Positions 19,751 to 29,600 of a DNA stretch of 64,000 bases are shown one piece after another. The DNA is from an uncultured delta proteobacterium. Lineage in GTDB: Bacteria; Desulfobacterota; Syntrophia; Syntrophales; UBA2192. Numbering within the stretch: the stretch's first letter is position 1; the number at the start of each line of letters is the position of its first letter. The notes beneath the pieces were generated by a model that had not been told where the DNA came from, did not search any database, and was given only the letters and a program-made list of their open reading frames with translations. A program made the translations under genes and the position numbers. The stretch covers positions 32,001 to 96,000 of the forward strand of contig CAVPJD010000009.1 in NCBI GenBank assembly GCA_963705165.1, written 5' to 3'.

Positions 19751-21154
19751 ATGGAAGGACCCCGTCCGGCAGCCATCGCGGGGGCCGGGGGGAGAAACAC
19801 CCTCCATCCCCTGATCTGCGCAGCCATTGTTGCGACCGCGGCGGTGCTTGCCTATCTCAACTCCTTCCAGGGTGCTTTCCAGCTCGACGACTACAAGGTG
19901 GTCCTGTCGGACCCGGCGGTGCGGTCCTGGGCGGGCTGGTGGTCAGATCTGGGGCGGGGGATCCGTCCGCTGCTCAAGCTCAGCTATGCGCTCAACTGGG
20001 CGACGGGCCTGGGGCTCTTCGGCTTTCACCTGGCCAACCTGCTGATCCACCTGGGCAACAGCATCCTGGTCCTGCTGCTCGTGCGCAAACTGACGGGATC
20101 GTCGTCGCAGATGGGCTGTGTCGCCCTGTTTACGGTCCTCCTCTTTGCCCTTCACCCGATCCAGACGGAGGCGGTCACCTACGTCGCTGGCCGGTCGGCC
20201 TCTCTGATGGCCTTCTTCTACCTTGCAAGCCTTGCCGCCTACATCCACGGCCGCCTGGAAGGGGGCCCGCTTCTCACTTATGCTCTTTCCCCTGCCCTTT
20301 TCCTGCTGGCGCTCGCCGTCAAGGAAACGGCCGCCACCCTGCCGGCGGCCCTGCTGCTCTGGGAGATCACCCGGCAGGACCGACCGTTTGGCCTGCGGGA
20401 AGCCCTGGCATCCCAGGCGGCCCACCTGGGGGTCCTCGCTGCGGCCCTGGCGGCCTTCTTCGCAATACCGGGGCACCGGGTCCTCATCGACTACAGCTTC
20501 GCCCTGCGGGGCCTTTATGAAAACCTCCTGTCCCAGATCCACGGCCAGGTCACGCTGCTGACCCACTATGTGCTCCCCGGCAGACTCAATTTTGACCCTG
20601 ACCTGCCGACGCTGACCCGCTGGTCGTGGGGTCTTGCCCTCGAGGCCGGAATCCTTGGCTCCGCCCTCGCGGCGGGCCTGTGGAGCCTGAAGCGGCGGCC
20701 TCTGGTCTCGTTTGCCATTCTCTGGATGTTCCTGCACAGCATGGCCGTCTACGCCGCTGTTCCCCGGACGGACGTCCTCAACGAGCGCCATTTGTACCTT
20801 GGGGGATTCGGGCTTTTCCTGCTGGCAGGCCTGGGATTTTCATGGCTTGCGGATACGTGGCCGAAGCTCCGCCTGCCCGTGGCGGCGGCCGCCTGCGCCC
20901 TGATGATCGTCCTCGGCCTTTTCACGGCAGAGCGCAATGCCGTCTATCGAAGCGAGATTTGCCTCTGGGAGGACACGGCCGCCAAATCGCCCGGCAAGGC
21001 CCGGGTCTTCAACAACCTGGGCTATGCCTATTTCCTCGCCGGGCGCAACGAAGAGGCCCGGAAGGCCTGGCTCGAGACGCTCCGCATCGACCCGGCCCAC
21101 GAGCTTGCCCGCAACAACCTCACCCTCCTGGATGTGAAGGGGGATGTGTTGTAG
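19751..21154 (+). CDS. TMTC-like GT-C membrane glycosyltransferase with C-terminal TPR
   Basis: FQLDD, RPL..LSYALNW, FHL.NLL.H, LFALHPIQTEAV.Y..GR, KE, ERHLY, RN.VY....LW, TPR. Confidence 0.85.
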   Translation: MEGPRPAAIAGAGGRNTLHPLICAAIVATAAVLAYLNSFQGAFQLDDYKVVLSDPAVRSWAGWWSDLGRGIRPLLKLSYALNWATGLGLFGFHLANLLIHLGNSILVLLLVRKLTGSSSQMGCVALFTVLLFALHPIQTEAVTYVAGRSASLMAFFYLASLAAYIHGRLEGGPLLTYALSPALFLLALAVKETAATLPAALLLWEITRQDRPFGLREALASQAAHLGVLAAALAAFFAIPGHRVLIDYSFALRGLYENLLSQIHGQVTLLTHYVLPGRLNFDPDLPTLTRWSWGLALEAGILGSALAAGLWSLKRRPLVSFAILWMFLHSMAVYAAVPRTDVLNERHLYLGGFGLFLLAGLGFSWLADTWPKLRLPVAAAACALMIVLGLFTAERNAVYRSEICLWEDTAAKSPGKARVFNNLGYAYFLAGRNEEARKAWLETLRIDPAHELARNNLTLLDVKGDVL

Positions 21155-21290
21155 TCGTGCGCTCTTCCGAAAAGGGAGATCCGGGGGCATGCACAATCTC
21201 TCTCGATAAATTTTTTAATCCGTCCTAAAATCATGCTGGCCCTTGTCAGCATGGACCGCCCGATGACCCTCTGCAGAAAAGGACGCCGAC

Positions 21291-22031
21291 ATGAATGCGG
21301 GGAGCGGGAACCCGTCAGGGGACACATTCCGAAAATGGATCTGGGTGGTGGTCTTTGCGGCGGCCTTCGCCTATGTCGAGAGCGCCGTTGTCGTCTACCT
21401 GCGCAAGATCTACTTCGACGGCTCTTTTGAATTCCCCATCGCGACGCTGTGGGAAAACGGGCGGCACATCCTGGAGCCGCTCATCCTCGTGGAGATGGGG
21501 CGCGAGGCCGCGACAATCGTCATGCTCGCCGCCGCGGGAATCCTCGCGGGGGCAAGCGGCCTGCAGCGGTTCTGCTTCTTCATGATCGCCTTCGGCATCT
21601 GGGACATCTTCTACTACGTCTGGCTGTGGGTCATCCTGCGCTGGCCCGAAAACCTCATGACGTGGGATCTGCTGTTCTACATTCCGCTGCCCTGGGTGGG
21701 GCCGGTGATCACGCCGGTTTTGATTTCCGTTACGATGATCGCGGCGGGCTCCATTCTCATCTGTCTTGCCGAGAAGGGTTACGCGATCCGCTGGCGCTGG
21801 TACGACTGGGTCATTGAACTGGGCTGCGGGTTTCTCCTCATTGTCGCCTTCTGCTGGGACTGGAAGAATATCCTCCGCGTGCCCGACGGCACGCCCTACA
21901 GCGGTATCCCCAATCCCTTCGCCTGGTGGCTTTTCCTGCCTGCTTATCTTTTCGCTCTGATCTATTTCGCAGCGCGGCTGCATGAGACGATTCGGGCCGG
22001 GTCGGGTGATGCGCCGTCGAAAATCCCTTGA
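21291..22031 (+). CDS. Hypothetical integral membrane protein
   Basis: Multiple hydrophobic segments; E.GREAAT, FGIWDIFYY, WDLLF.IP.PW.GPV. Confidence 0.75.
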   Translation: MNAGSGNPSGDTFRKWIWVVVFAAAFAYVESAVVVYLRKIYFDGSFEFPIATLWENGRHILEPLILVEMGREAATIVMLAAAGILAGASGLQRFCFFMIAFGIWDIFYYVWLWVILRWPENLMTWDLLFYIPLPWVGPVITPVLISVTMIAAGSILICLAEKGYAIRWRWYDWVIELGCGFLLIVAFCWDWKNILRVPDGTPYSGIPNPFAWWLFLPAYLFALIYFAARLHETIRAGSGDAPSKIP

Positions 22032-22118
22032 CAGAAATGTCTGTCTGTAAGGAATAAGAGTGGGGTCTGTACGACGGAAGAAGGAAGGGAACGTCATTTT
22101 ATAAGGAGGGAGAGGGAA

Positions 22119-23042
22119 ATGAGGGAGAAGACGATCATCACCGCTGCCATCACCGGGAGCATCCACACGCCCACCATGTCGCCTTACCTGCCCATCACGC
22201 CGCAACAGATCGCCGATGAGGCCGTGGCGGCCGGCGAGGCCGGCGCGGCCGTCGTGCATGTCCACGGGCGAAACCCCGAGACGGGGCAGCCCTCGTCGGA
22301 TCTGGAGATCATGCGGGAGATCGTCCGCAAGGTGAAGGCCCGCTCGAATGCGGTGATCTGCATTACGACAGGCGGCGGCCTCGGCATGACGGTGGAGCAG
22401 CGCGTGGCCCCCATAACCCTCTACCGGCCGGAGATGGCATCGCTGAACGGCGGCTCCATGAACTTCGCCCTCTTCCAGGCGCTGGACAAATTCAAGGAAT
22501 TCAAGCACGATTGGGAACCCCAGCACCTCGCCATGACGGAAGATTTGATCTTTCCGAACACCTTCAAGTCCATGCGCGAGTTCAGCCGCATCTTCACCCT
22601 CAACGAGACAAAACCCGAGTTCGAGATCTACGACGCCGGCATGGTGAACAACCTGGCCGTCATGATCGGCCGCGGGCACATCAAGCGGCCCGTCTACCTG
22701 CAGTTCGTCATGGGGGTCCTCGGCGGGATCACGCCGAGCCCTGAAAACCTCATGTTCCTCCTCGATTACGCAAAGAAGCTCATCGGCGAGTTCGAGTTCT
22801 CCGTCTGTGTCGCAGGAAGGGCCCAGTTTGCCCTCTGCACCCAGTCGGTCCTGCTGGGCGGCCACTGCCGCGTGGGCCTCGAAGACAATCTCTTCCTGGA
22901 GAAAGGGCAGCTCGCGAAGAGCAACGCCGAGCAGGTGGCCAAGATGGCCCGGATCATCCGCGAGCTGGGCAGCGAGCCGGCTACCCCCGACGAGGCAAGG
23001 CAGATCCTGGGGCTCAAGGGTCTGAACCGGGTGAACTTCTGA
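22119..23042 (+). CDS. Beta-keto acid cleavage enzyme (BKACE/DUF849, 3-keto-5-aminohexanoate cleavage family)
   Basis: IITAAITG, AGAAVVHVHGR, KPEFEIYD, RVGLEDN, ATPDEAR. Confidence 0.93.
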   Translation: MREKTIITAAITGSIHTPTMSPYLPITPQQIADEAVAAGEAGAAVVHVHGRNPETGQPSSDLEIMREIVRKVKARSNAVICITTGGGLGMTVEQRVAPITLYRPEMASLNGGSMNFALFQALDKFKEFKHDWEPQHLAMTEDLIFPNTFKSMREFSRIFTLNETKPEFEIYDAGMVNNLAVMIGRGHIKRPVYLQFVMGVLGGITPSPENLMFLLDYAKKLIGEFEFSVCVAGRAQFALCTQSVLLGGHCRVGLEDNLFLEKGQLAKSNAEQVAKMARIIRELGSEPATPDEARQILGLKGLNRVNF

Positions 23043-23178
23043 TCGTCCCGCGCGAAAGCGCGTAAGTCCTTCAGTGATTGGGTGAATTCGCGTTTCCTGT
23101 TTCATCTGTTGCATTTTTATGATATAGGGCTGTTGGGTTTGGAGGGGAGCCCAAACTATCCAGAAAGGAGAAAGTGCC

Positions 23179-23754
23179 ATGCCCGAAGATCCCGATATCC
23201 GATTGATGGACACGGAGGCGGAAGAGGTCTATTCACCGGACCGAAAGCGGACGGGGACGGACAAGAAGAAACTAGGCATTTTCGCCGCCGTTGGAGTCGT
23301 GGTGCTTGCCGTCATCGGGGGCATCTACATGATGCTGGGTGGCGGCGGGGTCTCCAAGGACGAGGTCCGGCTCATGCAGACGAAGATCGGCTCGCTGGAG
23401 CAGAAGATCACGGCCCTGGAGAAACAGCAGGGGGCGCTGCAGGCAAGGCTCCCCGCCGAGGGCGCCGAAGCAGCCCTGACAGGGAAGGTCGACACGCTCG
23501 CACAGCGCGTCGAGGCCCTGGAAAAGAAGCCCGCCGCCGTGGTCGCGGAAAAACCGAAGGCCGCCCAGAAGGAAAAAGCCGCGGCATCCTCGGGAGCACC
23601 CTCGGGCAAGAAGATCCACACGGTCCAGAAGGGCGAGACGATCTACGGGATCAGCAAGAAATTCGGGATCAAGCCGGACGATCTGCGCAAGCTCAACAAT
23701 CTCGGCGCGGAGGACACGGTGAAGCCCGGCCAGAAACTCGTCGTCTCCAAGTAG
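23179..23754 (+). CDS. Membrane-anchored coiled-coil protein with LysM domain
   Basis: TM helix; HTVQKGETIYGISKKFG...LRKLNNL...VKPGQKL. Confidence 0.9.
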   Translation: MPEDPDIRLMDTEAEEVYSPDRKRTGTDKKKLGIFAAVGVVVLAVIGGIYMMLGGGGVSKDEVRLMQTKIGSLEQKITALEKQQGALQARLPAEGAEAALTGKVDTLAQRVEALEKKPAAVVAEKPKAAQKEKAAASSGAPSGKKIHTVQKGETIYGISKKFGIKPDDLRKLNNLGAEDTVKPGQKLVVSK

Positions 23755-23811
23755 AAACTGATTTAAAGGAATGCAGTTTATATCTGCATTTTATTGAACG
23801 CCCTCTCCAAC

Positions 23812-23840
23812 TGTCATTCCGGATCAAGTCCGGAATGACA
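23812..23840. repeat. REP-like palindrome
   Basis: TGTCATTCCGGA-tcaag-TCCGGAATGACA perfect 12-bp inverted repeat. Confidence 0.6.
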
Positions 23841-23850
23841 AATGAGAGAA

Positions 23851-23885
23851 CAGAAAAGCCCGGCCGCATCGGCCGGGCTTTTCTG
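23851..23885. terminator. Bidirectional intrinsic terminator
   Basis: CAGAAAAGCCCGGCCG-cat-CGGCCGGGCTTTTCTG between convergent genes. Confidence 0.8.
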
Positions 23886-23915
23886 TCTGGCATCCCGTTG
23901 CATTACGGGTGCCGC

Positions 23916-24713
23916 TTATTTCATCGGTTGCGGGGCCGCTTTCCCCCCTTCCAGCATCTGCAAGACCTTGTTCACCGGGACGGCAAAGCCGATGTTCTGC
24001 GCGCCCAGCACCACCGCCAGGTTGATGCCCACCAGCTCGCCATCCATGTTCAAAAGCGCCCCGCCACTGTTACCGGGGTTGATGGAGGCATCCGTCTGCA
24101 ACAGCCCCGAGCATGCATAGTCGCACTCCTGATTCTTGAAGGCCCGGTCGATGCCGCTGATGACGCCCGTGGTGACGGAATTCTCGAGCCCCAGGGGATT
24201 GCCGATGGCGACGACGCTCTCGCCGATCATGAGGGTCTTCACGTCGGCAAACCGGACGGCCCTGAGGTCGCGAACCGGCTCAATCCGGATCAGGGCGAGG
24301 TCATCGAGGGTGTTGACCTTGACGACCTTCGCCTCCGCCACGGTGCCGTCGCGAAGCACGGCGTAGATGGTGCTCGCCCGGTGCACGACGTGGGCATTGG
24401 TGACGATGAGGCCGCCCTTGTCGACGATGACGCCGGATCCCAGGCTCTTGAGCTTCACCGTCCCCTCGGAGTAGTCCTCGCCGAAGTACTGTTTGAAGAA
24501 GCGGTCAAGCCGCTCGCCGTACTGGCCCCAGGCGGGGTGCTCCTTGAGATCGACGAGGCTCTCCGTACGGATGTTCACGACGGAGGCGGCGTTGTCCCGG
24601 ACAACCTGGACGACGGGCGTTTCACGGGGGCTTTTCACGGGCGCGGCACAACCGGCCATGGCAAGGAGAAGGCATGCGAGCATGCCCCGCACGAAAACGC
24701 TTTTCCGGTTCAT
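23916..24713 (-). CDS. HtrA/DegP-like trypsin serine protease lipoprotein lacking PDZ domains
   Basis: Lipobox MAGC; LGSGVI, TNAHVV, DLALI, QTDASINPGNSGG. Confidence 0.9.
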   Translation of the reverse strand: MNRKSVFVRGMLACLLLAMAGCAAPVKSPRETPVVQVVRDNAASVVNIRTESLVDLKEHPAWGQYGERLDRFFKQYFGEDYSEGTVKLKSLGSGVIVDKGGLIVTNAHVVHRASTIYAVLRDGTVAEAKVVKVNTLDDLALIRIEPVRDLRAVRFADVKTLMIGESVVAIGNPLGLENSVTTGVISGIDRAFKNQECDYACSGLLQTDASINPGNSGGALLNMDGELVGINLAVVLGAQNIGFAVPVNKVLQMLEGGKAAPQPMK

Positions 24714-24826
24714 GGCCTGTCATGCCCCCTTGCAGAGATTTGTCGCAACTATAAGCCATTTCACGGGTGAACTCAAGCTCGGGTCCCAAAGCGGCGCAGC
24801 AGTGAAAAGGCACGGATAAAAAGTTC

Positions 24827-24855
24827 TTGACCTTATGACCCGACTCCTCTATAAA
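24827..24855 (+). promoter_or_regulatory. sigma70 promoter
   Basis: TTGACC-N17-TATAAA just upstream of the riboswitch. Confidence 0.6.
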
Positions 24856-24864
24856 GCACCTGCT

Positions 24865-24992
24865 TCTGAAGGGGAGTAGCTAGAGAGGCAAGGTCAACAT
24901 GCTGGCGGAGACGCCTGGCCTTGCCGTTGGTGAAAGCCAATTAGCGAGACCTTCGGTGTGACGAACTGTCATACCGGGTCTCGTTTTTTTTT
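24865..24992 (+). ncRNA. yybP-ykoY (Mn2+) riboswitch with overlapping terminator
   Basis: AAGGGGAGTAGC...GTCAACATGCTGG...GCGAGACCTT; CGAGACC...GGTCTCG plus T9 terminator; precedes a UPF0016 gene. Confidence 0.9.
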
Positions 24993-25012
24993 GCCCGCGA
25001 AAGGAAAACGAC

Positions 25013-25702
25013 ATGACTGCTTTTCTCGCCTCCCTCGGCTTCGTGGTACTCGCCGAGATGGGGGACAAGACCCAGCTGCTGGCCATGGCCTTCGCCACAC
25101 GATACAAGGCCTCGACAGTCATGTGGGGTGTTTTTGCCGCCACTGTCCTCAACCACTTTCTGGCGGTGCTGGCAGGCAATTACCTGACAAACCTCGTGCC
25201 CATCCACTATGTCCAGATCGCCGCAGCGGCATCGTTCATCCTCTTCGGTCTATGGACGATCCGGGGCGACGAGCTCGCGGGGGAGGACAAGCGGTTCCAC
25301 TTCAGTCCATTCTGGACCGTCGCCATTGCCTTTTTCATCGCCGAGATGGGTGACAAGACACAGCTTGCCACGGTGGCCCTGGCCGCGAAATACCAGTCGG
25401 TGCTGCCCGTGCTGGTGGGCACCACGGCGGGGATGCTGATCGCCGATGCCATCGGCATCGGAATCGGCATCGTGATGGGGAAAAAAATCCCCGAGAGGAC
25501 CGTCAAGTGGATTGCGGCGCTTATCTTCATCGGCTTCGGGCTCTGGGGCCTCTACGAGTACCTGCCGGAAGATGTTCTCAACGTGCCGGGTGCCGTTTCA
25601 GGGATCGCAGCGATTGCACTGGCCGCTTACTGGCTCGGCAGGAAAGACATCCGGAGGCTGACGGGGCAGGAGCAAGCTGTGGATGCTGAAATCCGGAAAT
25701 AG
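25013..25702 (+). CDS. TMEM165/GDT1 (UPF0016) Mn2+/Ca2+ exporter
   Basis: Two EMGDKTQL motifs. Confidence 0.95.
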   Translation: MTAFLASLGFVVLAEMGDKTQLLAMAFATRYKASTVMWGVFAATVLNHFLAVLAGNYLTNLVPIHYVQIAAAASFILFGLWTIRGDELAGEDKRFHFSPFWTVAIAFFIAEMGDKTQLATVALAAKYQSVLPVLVGTTAGMLIADAIGIGIGIVMGKKIPERTVKWIAALIFIGFGLWGLYEYLPEDVLNVPGAVSGIAAIALAAYWLGRKDIRRLTGQEQAVDAEIRK

Positions 25703-25725
25703 AAGCAAGCAGAAAGGAGGGGGAA

Positions 25726-26103
25726 TTAAGGATCCGGATGGCCGCAGGCGCGGCGGATCGCCGCGGAAAGTTCAGCGAAGTCGGAGCCCTTGAGGACGTA
25801 CCCGGTGGCGCCGGCCGCCAGGACACTCTGCACCAGCGGAGCGCTGGAATACATGGACAGCATGATCACCTTGACCTTCGGGCTGTCTTTGATCACATGC
25901 CGCATCGCTTCGATCCCGTTCATCCCCGGCATGCTGATATCCATGACCACCACATCGGGGGCAAGACTGCGGGCCATTTCGATGGCCTCCTTGCCGTCGA
26001 CGGCCTCGCCCACGACCTCCATGCCCGGTTCTGCATTGATCAGCCCCCGAAGGCCGTCCCGGAACATCTTGTGATCGTCAACGATCATCACCCTGGTATT
26101 CAT
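25726..26103 (-). CDS. NarL-type receiver-only response regulator
   Basis: VMIVDDH, DVVVMDISMP, LSM, GYVLK; stops before any HTH. Confidence 0.85.
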   Translation of the reverse strand: MNTRVMIVDDHKMFRDGLRGLINAEPGMEVVGEAVDGKEAIEMARSLAPDVVVMDISMPGMNGIEAMRHVIKDSPKVKVIMLSMYSSAPLVQSVLAAGATGYVLKGSDFAELSAAIRRACGHPDP

Positions 26104-26640
26104 GCAATTCCTTCCAGAGGGATTCTGAACCCCTCGGCCCGGCCCGACTGCCATTTCATTCATGGTATCCTGATTATCGCATCACGAGGCAGAAAGATAT
26201 CAGGGAATCCCTTAACTTGAGTAAGAATTTTGCGCAAATCTTCTCATCCATCCTGAAGCCGGGTCGAAACCCGTTTGATTTCATTACACTTTCAGACTCA
26301 AGAGATCTTAAAACAGGACAGCTCCGGTGCGCGCTAACCGACGGAAAAGAGAAGAAAGCGGCGGGAGGTCCAGACGGATCCGATCGTCTAAGGGATTTCC
26401 TGAGAAGGATATCAGCGAATAACTTATTCCCCTGCTCAGCAAAATATAATAAGAACCTTCGAAGGATCTGCCGCGGCAAAGGATTTGGTGCCCCCATGGA
26501 TATCTTTATCCTTTGAACCCTTGCAGGAATCCTCGAGCCGGGCAGGAGGGACTCGCGTCATGCAACGGGTCATGGGGAAGATGACATGAGCGGATCCTGA
26601 ACCGCATCATGAACAGCCCGTTCCGGGGAGTGATCGTCTT

Positions 26641-29600
26641 ATGCAACATCCAGCAGAAAGATCCGAAAAGAAAGGGTTCTTGTCCGACCTGTTCAGCAGG
26701 CCCGAATCCCTGCCTTTGCTCCTGTTCATCCTGTTCTTCGCCATTCTCTACGGGGCCGGTCCCGACCTGCGGTCCGCGAAATTTATTTTTGACCCCCCCT
26801 GGCTGCTCATTGTTCTGAATACCCTTTTCGTTATGGGCCTGTGCCTTCTGATCGCCGGGCTGTGTTTCAGGAGTTTTCTGCGCGGAGGGTTTTTGAACGT
26901 CCTGCTGCTGGGCTGCGGCGTGCTCGCCTTCGGGTTGACCTCCTTTGCAGCCGGATGGCTGATCCGCCCCCCCCATGGCCTGAACGAAGCGTTGACGATC
27001 CGCAATATCGGCGTTCTCTGCGCGGCCGCATTTTTCTTCCTGAGTTCCCTGTTCACCGCATTTGGACTCTCGATGGAGATCGAACATCGCAGGGGCCTGG
27101 CCGCGGTGATGGCCTTCTCCGGGGTTTTCACCATGGGGGCTCTCCTGACGGCCGCGACCCTGCTGCACTTCATCCCGCCTTTCTTTATCGCCGGTGAAGG
27201 CCCCACGATCATCCGCCAGGTCGCTCTCGCTGTCTCCGTCACGCTCTTTACCCTGTCCGCCATCCTGATGATGATGGTTTACTCGGAGAGAAAAACCGTT
27301 TTTCTCCTTTACTCCATCAACGCGCTGCTGCTGTTCGGCGCGGGGATTGTCGGGGTTAGCCTCGGGGTGCCCGGAAGCCCCCTGAGCTGGCTGGGAAGAG
27401 CCGCACAGTACATGGGCAATGTATATCTGGTGGTCGCCTCGATGCAGGCCCTCGCAGAAGCCCGAAGAAGAGGGACCTCCGTCGAGAAGGCCCTGGCCGG
27501 CTTCTTCAGAAAGTCCGAAAGGCACTACAAAGCCCTTGTCGAGATGGCTGCCGATGCCATCGTCTCCATCGACCGCGAGGGAAAGATCCTCCTGATGAAC
27601 CCGGTCGCGGAGGAAACATTCGGGTATGGCCGGGATGAGGCCGCCGGCCTAAGCCTGGCGGAGCTGATTGTTCCCGAGCAGTCCCGGGAGTTCTTTCACG
27701 CATGCATGTACGGTGAGCCCTGCAGGAACATGGGGATGGATTTGAAGAGAAAGGACGGTTCGATCTTTCCCGCCGAATTGTCCTTCTCTCCGGAGATGAA
27801 ATCCGAAGGGGGCTCCGAGAGGACGATCATCATCCGTGACGTCACCGAGCGCAGGCTTGCCGAGGAAGCCATCCAGAGCGCGGCCCTGTTCCCGATCCAG
27901 AATCCCGAGCCAATCCTGCGGATTCACCGCGACGGGACCCTGCTCTTCTCGAATCCCGCTGCAGAGCCGGTCCTGAAAGAATGGCGGGCCGCAAGCAAGA
28001 CGGGATTTCCGGCGCAGGTTCGACAGGCCGTCGAGGCCGCATTGAACGAAGGCATCGCACGGGATATCGAGGTTCAAATTGACGGCCGGGATTTCTCGTT
28101 CGTCGTAACGCCCATCGTGAAGAACCATTATGCGAATCTCTACGGTCGGGATGTGACCGAGAGCAAGCGGGCGGAAGAGGCCCTCAGGAAGAGCGAGGCA
28201 AGGCTTCGCCTGGCCCATGACGCCGGAAAAGCCGGTACCTGGGAATGGGACTTGCGGACCCATGAAAACATCTGGTCCGAGGAATTGTGGAAACTGTATG
28301 GCTTGGATCCTCACGGCAGCGAGCCCGCCTACGAGACGTGGCGGCAAACGATCCATCCCGATGACCGGGCAAAGGCCGAACAGATTGTGCAGGACGCGGC
28401 AACCCATGGGGCAGAGCTGAATGCGGAGTGGCGGGTGAGAGACCGAGACGGTTCGATCCGCTGGCTGATGTCCCGAGGACAGCCGCAGGTTGATGTCGAA
28501 GGACGGCCGATGCGCTACATCGGGATCGTCGTAGACATCACCGCGCGCAAGAGGACCGAGGAGGCCCTGCGCGGGAGTGAAGCGAGGTATCGCTCGTATA
28601 TTGAAGTCACGGGCCAGATGGGCTGGACGACCAATGCCGACGGCGAGATCGTGGAAGACATACCTGGATGGCGAGCATATACTGGCCAGACCTTCGACGA
28701 AATGCGCGGTTGGGGGTGGTCAAAGGCGCTTCATCCCGACGACGTCGAGATCACCCTGGCCGTCTGGCGAAAAGCCGTCGAAGATAAACAGGGCTACGAA
28801 ACCGAATACCGCCTGCGCCGGCACGACGGTGTCTACCGGCATTTCCTGGCCCGCGGAGTGCCGATCCTGAATGATGACGGCAACTTACGGGAATGGGTGG
28901 GCACCTGCATTGACATCACGGAGCGCAACCAGGCCGAGGCGGCTCTTCGGCAAAACGAGGCGCGTTTCCGGCAGCTGGCCGACTCCATGCCGCAGCTGGT
29001 CTGGACGGCTGAGCCCGACGGCAGGGTGGACTACTACAACGGCCGGCTCTCTTCATTTACGACCCGTGGGCCGTGGAGGCCTGCCGTTTACGCCGAGGAC
29101 CGTCCGCGGACCGCCGAGGCATGGAAGAGTGCTGTCCGGACCGGGTCGCCCTACGAGATCGAGCACCGCATGCAGCTCGCCGACGGCCGGTTTCGCTGGT
29201 TCCTGACTCGCGCCGTCCCCGTGCCCGATGAGACAGGGCAAGTGGTGAAGTGGTACGGCACATCGACGGACGTGCACGACCGCAAGCAAGCCGAAGAGGA
29301 GCGGGAATTCGCGCGTATCGAGGCCATTAACGAGAATAACCGCCTCGAAGCCCTCATCAAAACCCTGCCCGTAGGTGTGGCGATGGTCGACACCGAAGGC
29401 GGAAACATCCGGTCCAACCGCATGTACGATCAGCTCTGGGGCGGGCCACGCCCCGAGGCACGGTCGGTAAACGACTATGACAAATACAAGGCGTGGTGGC
29501 TCGATTCGGGCCTGGCCGTCCAGCCCGACGAATGGGCCTCTGCCCGGGCCGTGCAGAAGGGGGAAACCGTCACCGGCCAGCTGCTGCAGATCGAGCGGTT

